A DNA stretch of 34,564 nucleotides from Intoshia linei (lineage: Eukaryota > Animalia > Orthonectida), in NCBI GenBank assembly GCA_001642005.1, contig LWCA01000281.1:1-34564 (forward strand), in the 5' to 3' direction. The position numbers and the translations under genes are program-made. A model generated the notes under the pieces. It worked only from the letters and a program-made list of their open reading frames with translations. It made no database searches and was not told where the DNA came from. This document shows positions 24,338 through 34,564 of this stretch, piece by piece. Within the stretch, counting starts at the first letter, position 1. Each line of letters begins with the position of its first letter.

Positions 24338-25095
24338 CTAATTGATCATATCATTGATTTTTTCACGAAATTTTAGTGGGTTCTTGATATATACTTTATT
24401 ATTACAGTCAATTCTGTTCAATATGAACACACTAGAATATGAACTCAGTTCAGTATGAACACGACAATTTTGTTTGAACAAACATTGATTGGACCAGCCA
24501 TTCTCAACGTGGTCCATGAGAATTATATACATTTATTACATATTATAGACATTTTCAGTAACAAAGTCGTTTTTAAAACATAAAGACTCAGAAATACTAA
24601 TATAAAATTTGAAAATCAAGTAAAAGTAAAGTCTTTGCTATTAAATTAAATTACTTACAAGTGTAAAATTTTATTGGGAAACCTCCATTGTTCTATTTTA
24701 GGAGTAGCGTTTTTATTTAATTATTTTATTAAAATGTATGATTAAGCCAAGTTTCTAGTCATAAAAATAGCTTTAAATTTCAAATTGAAAATGGGACAAA
24801 ATCTCAGTCAATATTCATGATTCTATGAAACATCAACCAAGGGATATAAAATGTTAATTCTTCACAGGGAAGATAGATAATATAGACTTTTTATTGATCT
24901 GATAAAATATGTAGTAAACAATTTACTTACAAGAATTTACTGTAAACAATACCTGAAAAACATGTTCTATTTTGGGAACATTGACGGGTTAAAGGTTAAT
25001 ATTAATAGTTCATCAAGTTTATCATCTCGCAAAAATAGAGTATTCCATGTCTTTTGACCATCATTCGTTTCTCCCATATGTAATGATTCATTAAA
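24338..25095 (-). pseudogene. Possible decayed spliced gene of unknown family
   Basis: Coding-like stretches (YFNESLHMGETNDGQKTWNTLFLRDDKLDELL; NNGGFPIKFYT; LFLSLYVLKNDFVTENVYNM**MYIILMDHVENGWSNQCLFKQNCRVH) are separated by GTAAGT/GTATTG...AG segments and contain several stops. Confidence 0.3.
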
Positions 25096-26569
25096 ATATG
25101 TCATTATTATTAATTTTTTTGGGGGTCCACAGCGAAAAAGAGTTGAGAATGGAAGTATATTATACTATAATGTATGAATACATATTATCATATTACATAT
25201 CATACTATGTATACTATACACTACATCTTAATCTCATGCAAAATATTACCAACAAAAACGATAAAAAAATCTTAAAGTTTACTGAATTGGGTTATAGTAT
25301 TAAAAATATTGCAAACCTCGATAAATTGCCTAAAACTCATTAATATATTTAAACTCTAAATTTTAGAGAATACTGCTATACACGTGTAAATACAAATAAA
25401 ATGTACCTTTTATTTGTATCGTGGTATTGGTGTAGAAAATTAAAATATGTATAAAACTTGATTCAAAATTAAAATAAAAATATAATTTTGTCCATCGCTT
25501 TCGAAAGAAATTCTTTTTTATTTATTGTAGTTTCATTTAAATTTCATGTACATATTTAGTGACGTTAAAATATTTAAGTTAGTCATATATTTAAAACTGA
25601 TTACTCAATTTTGTCACTAGTCATACAATGCTAACAATTCTTGCTCTAGTTATTATTATTGCAAGTATAAATTATTTCTTGACACATATATTTATACTAT
25701 ATTCTATGCATATCAGTGATCTAATTGTGTTGATTCAATTTGGTTACGACATTTTAAATAGTTACGCTTGTCACATGTATATTTACTATTTAATACAATT
25801 GTAATTGCATTTTAATGTATACATCGTACTCATTATGTTGATACGTAGGTGGTACGTATTTTAATATATATAATAAAGACATCATTAGTAATTGTGTATG
25901 CAATTTGTTTTACCGTAATTGTATTTTAATGTTTGTATAATTACGTTCAATAACTTAATGTTTTGTCGGGTTATTAAACTTTAATAATTAGAATGTTTTG
26001 ATTAATTAGTGTTGGCTACTTGAATTGTATTGTAAAATTAGTTGTTAAAGTTTACTATTAGATTTGATTCATTTTATTATTGATAAGTAACGTTAATGTA
26101 TTCAGTAACATGTAATTTAGTTTGTATTATTGTAATCTCTTATTATTGCAATCTCAAATAAATTTGAAATATCGATTTTAAAATAGCAGTTATAAATTGA
26201 ATATACAAAGTGTATAATAATATTGGGGTTATCATTATTAATTTGTTGGTTAAAATTATATATAAAAATTTATTATACAGTGGTCCACGATAAAATAAAA
26301 TTATAAAAACCTATTTTGTCATTTTCAATGTGATAATTGTAATAATAATATGCATTGAATAAAATTTAAATAATAAAAAATCCAGAATTCGAGAAATTAA
26401 ATCATTAATAAAATAAAAGAAAATTGAGCTATAAACAAATTTAAAAAAAATATACTGTATAACTAAACATGGAGAAAAATATAATAAAGTGGGTACCACG
26501 TTTAAAAACTCAAACGCCAATTTCCGTTAAGATAAAGTTCAGTTTTAATTTCTCCATCATATTTTTAAG

Positions 26570-26703
26570 TGATATTTAAAATGACAAACGCAACTCGAAT
26601 AGATAACGTTAAATGTTTTTGATTGCGAATTAGCTTTTCTATTTTAAAAATACACCCTTTTAGTGCTAATTTCCCTTGATTCTTTGATGGATGTGACACC
26701 CTA
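26570..26703. repeat. Transposon end fragment, copy 1 (ends GTGACACCC-TA)
   Basis: Direct match to ~32430-32561 (AAAATACACC...CCTTGATTCTTTGATGG.TGTGACACCCTA). Confidence 0.6.
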
Positions 26704-26921
26704 ATGTAGTCACTGACTACAACTGACTAGTAGTCAGTTGGTGGATATTTTAGGCTGATTATTAGCCAAATCTCTAGTTAAGATAACAACAAATAAAAAC
26801 AATACAAGTATAGTTATTATACTAAAAATAATATAAATCCCAGAAAAAATTAAATTGTAAACACTTGTATCTTCTTCTAATTTTTTTTAGCATCCTTACT
26901 TATATAAAGTAAATTTGTTAA

Positions 26922-27622
26922 CCCTTTCACTGTCTGATACTATTTTATTACTGATTTTATGATGTATCACTACACTTCTGGAATTTATGTTTTAATTTAA
27001 ACTTGTATTATTTTTAAGTTACCTATGTGGAAATGTATGATAATAAAAGAATAAAGTTTCTCAAAATTATACTGTGTATATTAGGGGTGTGATTTTTTTC
27101 ACTTTTTTGCGAAAATACAAAAGTGCCACCCCATACGTGGAAGATGGGGTTGAATGATACACAATTATCAAAAAATTATATAAAAAGGATTAAAAAAAAC
27201 CCTGGGGCAAAGCACTTCAAAATATGAATAATGAGCAAAATTTAATTTATTTTGTATAGTAAATTTCATAATAATAATTGTTTCCATAACAATTAATTTT
27301 CAATTTATATTTTTTTATATTTATGCAATTTTCTCATTGGAATTGGTTTTTTTATCAATTCGGCGTTCATAATTCGCTAGACGATAATTTTGCGCATCTT
27401 TATAACTATTTGTATAAAATTTTTATATATTAGTTACTGTGAGCGATATATTGTTCAAAACTTTAGAGGCGATGCCCCAGGGTTTTTTTTAACGTTGAGA
27501 GGTAAGATTGGGTGCAAATTTAATATTTTTTAAATGTTTATATGGTGGAAGGGTGCACTTTTGATATAAAAATTCGTTCACACCCCTGATGTATATCATA
27601 GAATACACAGACAGTGAAAGGG
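26922..27622. mobile_element. piggyBac-like MITE
   Basis: TTAA TSD (26918-26921, 27623-27626); perfect 15-bp TIR CCCTTTCACTGTCTG / CAGACAGTGAAAGGG. Confidence 0.88.
27082..27588. mobile_element. hAT-like MITE nested in the piggyBac-like MITE
   Basis: Ends TAGGGGTGTGA / TCACACCCCTG; 8-bp TSD GTGTATAT / ATGTATAT; internal inverted pair AAAAAAACCCTGGGGCA (27192-27209) / TGCCCCAGGGTTTTTTT (27473-27490). Confidence 0.75.
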
Positions 27623-28520
27623 TTAAAAATGTATGTCTGTTTATTTGTTCTAGTTTATTAAGTAAGTAAGGGAGTCGAGTTTTACAAATTCTATCTTCTT
27701 ATAACAGTTTTTCCAGAGTGACGTTTTATCACAAATCTAAATTTGAGAAATTGAGTCCTTCAAGGTTAAAAACCCCAATTGTCCTTTGTGTTTAAATTCA
27801 AACCAGTCCTAGAATTATAAAAATTACACATTCTAATAAATAGTTTTAAATTCATCAATATTATGATAATTTGTAATTTAAAAATCTTACATCTTCTTGG
27901 CCAAAACCACAAATTACTCTTTTTTGTCATAATTAAGAAAGTCTTATAATTTTATACAAACATAATTTCTGGAATGGTTTTTAAATTCATAAGCATTATC
28001 ATAAAGGGTAACCTCAACAAGGTAATTTTTACGGTCAAAAACTTTGATTACCCTTTTTTTTAAAATTTAAAAATATAAACAACCCTAGAATTTAAAAAAA
28101 ATTACGGATGATACAGTTATAACCAGTTAAACACACCAAAAAAAAATTTCATCTGATTAAGTAACGCCTTCATGGTCAAAAAAGCACTTTAGTATTCATT
28201 TTTTTATTATACTATTCTATTAATACAAAAAAATTGAAATAATTAACGGTTGGACAATTAAAAAAAAAATTATTCTAATACTGCTTATTCCAGTTGATAT
28301 AAATATAAAAATGTAACCCTAACAATAAACGCATTCGCAGTGAAAAATAATTTTTTGAACTGAAAACTTTAGAGGGAAATTGAAAATTCCATATGGTAAG
28401 TTTGTTAAAAAATGTTCATACTATATTTTTATATCCTTTTTATACAATCAAAATTAAGACATATTTACCATTTTTCATAAATGCATAGTAAAGATATTTT
28501 TATTTTGAATTGAATTTTTG

Positions 28521-31500
28521 ATGAATTTTGAACAACATATTATATCTAGTTGTAATTTACTGGAAAAGGAAGTTTCATTTTGTCAGTGGATATTAACTAA
28601 TTTGTAATATTAATAATACATATTTATAATATGTCAGTGCTTCTCAAATACATATAAATATGTGCGCACTGTGCACTTTTAATAAATGCTTTATGGGTGA
28701 ATTTTGTAGATTTAAAATTTACTTAAAATTTTATTTTTTTTTATATTATAATAATAAATTATTAAACCATTATTTTTTTGGTGAAATACACGAAATTTTG
28801 TAAAATTGGCCACATTTTATCAAAAGGAGCAATTAAATAAAGAAATGATTGTGAAGCAGTCAAATCTAATTATTTAGAGTCAGATTTAACTTTCCAGAGT
28901 GTTGAAATAGTATAAAAAGTGTTTATTAAACACTATCAGTTTGAGACTAGGATGAATATTTAAATTTTAGGTTTAATAATTTTTTTTATTTTTCAAAATA
29001 ATGAGTAATTTGTGGTTTTCGCCGCGAAAATACACGTTTTGTAGTTGAAATTTATGATAATGCTCATAATTTTAAAATCTGTATCATAATTTATGATTTT
29101 TTAAATTTTAAGATTCTCTTTACATTTTTAAAAAAGAGTAACTTTGGGTTTTGACCGTGAAGGTGCAATTTTACTGTTTGAAATATATCTTGCTTTCTGA
29201 ACCGGAGACATACATACACGTATGACTTGTAATTTGTGTTTTTGAAATGTCTGGCATTGTTAGATTTCTCTATAAATGCTTACAGACAGACAGATAAACA
29301 TACACAATGTGTATATCAATATTATATATATATATATAAGTAAGAATCTTTACCAAGGATAACAAATACTTGAATAAATAATATTTTAAATAGAGAAGAA
29401 CAATATGAAAATTATTCAAAAATCAAAAATTGTGATTCATCAGGTTCATTTACAAATTATCTTATTCATATGGTTCCGGAACGCAGATATGAACCTACTC
29501 GGCTCGAGGCAACCTAAAAAATGTTCACAAACAATGCGTAGTGTCATATACCCCTAACCGTATCTCCAATGCTCTTGGATTTATATTTTAAGGTTAACAA
29601 ATATTTATCAGACAGTAGTTATCATTTTCAAGAATATAATTTTTGAATGCTTAATTTGGAAAAATGAGGCCCCAATTTTACAAAATTTCGACGAGGTCGC
29701 GTGGATGTGTCTTGGTACGTATTGTTTATTTGGAAAAATTATGAATATCTTTGGTGGTCAAACGTCATTAAATCACTTAAAAAGCCGACGCTACCCTGGT
29801 ACCTTTATTTAAACCTATTAGCAAAGTTTTACTGAAAATTTTTGCAAATTCCTCGTTTGGATGACCAAATTTGATGGATATAATCAATACCATTTACTTT
29901 TTAATAAATGAATTATGATTTATAATATAAATACATTATTAATTACACTTTATTTAGATTCTGAAGAAGATTTAAACAATAAAATTGATAAACTGTGTAA
30001 GGTCGATGAAATTTTACGTACATCAATGCATACTAAAATTGTAAATTTTTAAAACATTTTTCGAAGGGTAAAATTTTTTATGGTAAAAGGGTTTGCAACG
30101 TTATATATTATTAATATTAATATGAAAAAATGAGCATTTTAATAATTTTTATAACACGAAATCTAAAAATTTGGTTTGATGTGATCCTTTAAACCAGCCC
30201 TACCATGATTATGTGGAAAAATTGACCTAATATTATTTTATATGATGAATTTTAAAAATCTAATTCATAATGTAGAAAATAAACAAAAATGTACCAAAAG
30301 TAGTAAAAAAGAATATAAACGTTGATATTCAGAAAGTAGGCGCAAATGAAAACAAAATAAATTATTTCAAATTATTGTCAAAAGCGAAAATACATTCTAA
30401 GAATAAAAAAAGTGTCAACAATGTGAAATATTATAAAACAACAGATATGAATGATGTTTTAAAAAGAATTGTAAATTTAAAATTGAATATTAATGATAAT
30501 AAGGATAAATGGAGTAGATTTGATAATGCCATCAATTCCCGTTCAATTAATTATGTATTAGTAAAGCATAAAAATGAAACAAAAAAATGTAGTGGGATTC
30601 AAAAATTCACTAATGAATGGCATTGCTGTGTTTTAAGAAATTACATTAACATGTGCCGTAAAATGGTTAATGAAGAAAGGTAATTTTATACTCATTGTAT
30701 AATGTCTATACCATTTCACTATCAATATGATAATAATTACAACCAATATGATAATAGCTAAATTTAAAATGGAATAACGATTGTCAATGTAGTAACAATT
30801 AAAAGCGATGTGATAGCAAGTACTTTAAATGTGATAATGGGGGTTTATTCGAAAAATCTTACATAAATGTAAACAGAAACTTCGTTACAACTAATTAAAA
30901 TTATAACCAGTATTATATGGGCCAAAATTTCTATATTTTACGTCAGTATTGAGTATTGTTTTCATGATTCCAATAAATTCGTGAAATTTCCCAGACCAAC
31001 AAAAATATTGTAACCCACGATTAAGAAACACTGATTACGGCATAATATAAACCAGTGTTTCCCAACTCATTTTGCATTATCGCCCATTTTATTAAATATA
31101 TTATTTTTATCACCCAGTAAAAATAAAATTTTAATTTCAAAATTTAACGTTATATATTGTATGCACGAATAAATACATTTATTTTTTTTGGAACTGAATC
31201 AATTTTTCACCAACAGTATGATCTTTGCTGGTCTTGCGATGAGATGAGACATGCGATAAGATGCCATTAATCCATTTTTATTTTTTATATGCTGGTTTTT
31301 AAATAATGTATTTTTAAAATATAACGGTTCTGAAATTTTTGATAGACGTTTTTAAAAAATGTATCTGGCTTATTCACATTATTTGGATATTGTGATTTAA
31401 GGTGATATAATAGGCAGGATGGTTTCATAGCTTCGTTTTACAATGTCTTATGACACAACGAACAGAACGGTAATTGTTTCGAAACACTAGATTCGTTAAA

Positions 31501-32127
31501 ACCAAATTTTAAATAATCGGTAGAATATCCACGAACATATTTTTTGGAAGCAGGCATAACTAAATTTTATTAAAATATAAAAGACAACATACTTACTACA
31601 CAGATAATTGGTGTTAGATAACTTATATTGTCGAACTTTTAATAAATTCAATCTTAATTATTAATCGTTCAATTTAATTCAATTTTTTTTTATTTGATAA
31701 AATTAAATATTTAATTTGTTGAAAAAAATTAAAAATATATATTTTCGCATCGCCCAGTAAAAAAGTCAAATCGCCCACTAGTGGGCCATATCACCCAGGT
31801 TGGGAAACACTGATATAAACTATAGTATTGATGATATACATATTGTTATAAATTATTTGGTTTTTTAGGTATGATTCTGAAGTTTTGAAAAATATTTTCA
31901 CATTTTTGAAAAAAGACGAATCCAAAGGATTAATTTTTGTAAATGTTTAAATAAATCATTTTTTAATTTGTACAGCATATAACACAATACATTTTTCGAA
32001 AAATTTCAAAACAGATTTTTCTAACCTATATCGTTTTGTAGATAATGTTCTTGTGATTCGAATGATGTGGGTCAATCTATCAAGTCAGATCGACGTTTCG
32101 AGATATAATAGGAATAAAATACCATAA
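28521..32127 (+). CDS. Unannotated 6-exon protein-coding gene; weak resemblance to TEDC2 (tubulin epsilon and delta complex 2)
   Basis: Exons 28521-28603, 29394-29443, 29958-30040, 30276-30679, 31869-31938 and 31976-32041 have GT-AG boundaries with matching phases and no stops (251 aa). An alternative last-exon frame runs to 32127. Segments LLEKEVSFCQWIL, KLCKVDEILRTS and SNLYRFVDNVL recall TEDC2 N- and C-terminal helices (from memory). The gene model is better supported than the product call. Confidence 0.7.
28985..29346 (-). mobile_element. Helitron family A 5' fragment with (TA)n expansion, intronic
   Basis: On - it starts A^TTCTTACTTATATATATAT..., followed by TGTCTGTCTG and the CACGGTCAAAACCCAAAGTTAC subrepeat. 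Confidence 0.65.
31053..31812 (-). mobile_element. Internally deleted Buster-type hAT transposon with BED zinc-finger transposase remnant
   Basis: TIR CAGTGTTTCCCAAC / GTTGGGAAACACTG; perfect TSD ATATAAAC. From 31557(-): MPASKKYVRGYSTDYLKFGF..PFCSLCHKTL*NEAMKPSCLLYHL..(fs)GLMASYRMSHLIA..(fs)HTVGEKLI, the ZBED5/SCAND3/TcBuster N-terminal pattern. Confidence 0.88.
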
Positions 32128-32154
32128 TTTCAAGAAAGTTATATTTAGATATAT

Positions 32155-32307
32155 TTTTTTAATTTTAATTCTAGCTGTCTTTGTTCGATTTTTATCATCG
32201 ATTCAATTTCTTAAATTTAGGGTATATATTTAAAATGAAAAAAAAATTTTGAAAATTCAATCGTTGATAAAAATAGAATTAAGGCAGCTAGAATGAAAAT
32301 TAAAAAA
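32155..32307. repeat. Long imperfect hairpin (two ~64-bp arms, ~25-nt spacer)
   Basis: 32155-32218 and 32244-32307 are reverse complements with about ten mismatches. Confidence 0.75.
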
Positions 32308-32429
32308 CTAAGATGTTTAGTTATAAACGATGATTAACATAATACTCTGTAAACCATGAAAATTCACTATAACACCGTTTTAAAAAAAAATAAAGTTATA
32401 TTTTAATCTTACTATAAGATTTGTAATGG

Positions 32430-32561
32430 TTTATTTAAAATGTTAAACGCACAGCGAGTAGATATCTTTGTCAAATAAAATTGTATATTAATTGGTTTTT
32501 CCCTAAAATACACCATTTGCACTCTAACCATCCTTGATTCTTTGATGGGTGTGACACCCTA
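32430..32561. repeat. Transposon end fragment, copy 2
   Basis: Direct match to ~26570-26703. Confidence 0.6.
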
Positions 32562-32848
32562 CTCTATATATTAAAAAAGGAAAATCTGGTTTGTGTCGTG
32601 AAAATTTAGTTTTTTAAGGTTTCCATTTATTATAATGTTTAATAATTATAAAAAATACGGTAAAACACACAGAGATTCAATTTTATATAAGTAAATGATA
32701 TATAATTATTGTTTTTACATTGATATCAAGTATATAAAATGAAGATTTCGGTCTATACATGTGTATCTCTTTTTTGTATTTTTCAAAAAAAAAAGTCAAA
32801 ATTGGAATAGCCCTACTGTAAATTCTAGACAAGTTTGATTGTAAGTAT

Positions 32849-33989
<1,141 letters not shown>

Positions 33990-34036
33990 CTATAAATTAA
34001 ATTTATATACATTACATGTATTCTGAATATATTCTA

Positions 34037-34158
34037 CTAGGTTGAGTATTATGTACTACGTACAAACAGCACCTAGCTCTGACGAGGGCACATTTTTATT
34101 ATACCAAAAAAATAAATTCACGTTGAAGATCTAACTTAAAAATTTCACTACACTATTA
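34037..34158 (-). mobile_element. Helitron family A 3' end in TPI intron, interrupted by mariner
   Basis: Matches 9826-9948 in reverse; ends CAACCTAG^T at 34037; similarity stops at the TA (34157-34158) where the mariner TIR begins. Confidence 0.8.
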
Positions 34159-34564
34159 TTAGGTTATTCACAAAGTAATGTCGTTTTTATAACTATAATT
34201 AAAACTTCTACAATAACAATTTTGATTAACCTTTATTCTACAAAATATTCTCCATTGCATTCAACAATTCTTCTCCAACGTTCCGGTAGCTTCTTAATTC
34301 CATTTTGAAAAAAACTCTGGCTTTTATTTGTCAAAAAGTTATCAATGTCAGATTTTAAATGCTCAATTGAATCGTATTTTTTTCCATGGTAATAGTTACT
34401 CATCGATCTAAAAAGGTGATAGTCAGAAGGAGCAATGTCTGGAGAATATGGTGGATGATCTAATACCTCATAATTAAGGTCAATTAAATGTTTTCTAGTC
34501 TTTATAGCATTATGAGGTCTAGCATTGTTGTGTAACAAAATAATATTACCTTTAGAGAACATTC
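34159..34564 (-). mobile_element. Mariner (DD34D) transposon, 3' part, transposase ORF 34233-34562, in TPI intron
   Basis: LLH(N)NARPH, HPPYSPDIAPSDYHLF and GIKKLPERW motifs; 34 residues between the second and third catalytic positions; TA-TTAGGTTATTCACAAAGTAATGTCGTTTTT TIR. Confidence 0.93.

Larger units (their letters stand above)
26893..28336 (+). mobile_element. Helitron family A copy (3'-truncated) hosting two nested MITEs
   Basis: Starts A^TCCTTACTTATATAA. After 27626 it continues with the subrepeats, GGTCAAAAAAGCACTTTAGTATTCA and the GCTTATTCCAGTTGA block seen at 920-1110. Confidence 0.75.

Noticed and set aside
25098-26520. ORFs 25098-25343 and 26311-26520
   Set aside because: Low-complexity AT-rich translations without splice or motif support.

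Overview
Very AT-rich eukaryotic (animal-like) nuclear DNA with spliceosomal introns. Many introns are only 34-60 nt long (commonest 38 nt), while others are inflated by transposons. The organism cannot be identified from the sequence; the style recalls a compact invertebrate genome such as an orthonectid (inference only). Splicing by hand gives six genes: a mitochondrial-type 2-Cys peroxiredoxin (2611-3576, -); a 13-exon SMYD (SET+MYND) gene with lesions clustered in the SET core (5431-8194, -); isopentenyl-diphosphate isomerase (10309-12270, +); an FMNL/FRL-type formin (12346-21806, -) whose FH1 is a Cys-containing G-x-P-P-x-I hexapeptide repeat with no polyproline tract; an unannotated 6-exon gene weakly resembling TEDC2 (28521-32041/32127, +); and triosephosphate isomerase (32849 to beyond the window end, -). 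The rest is mostly DNA transposon debris: a non-autonomous Helitron family (A^TC...CTAG^T, one copy carrying a decayed spliced host-gene fragment), Buster-type hAT MITEs with 8-bp TSDs, a piggyBac-like MITE, pogo/Tigger, mariner and hAT transposase relics, often nested two or three deep. A 235-bp duplication around the N gap looks like an assembly artefact. Most short ORFs in the supplied track are exon read-throughs, antisense shadows or repeat-derived. All homology calls come from recalled motifs, not from database searches.
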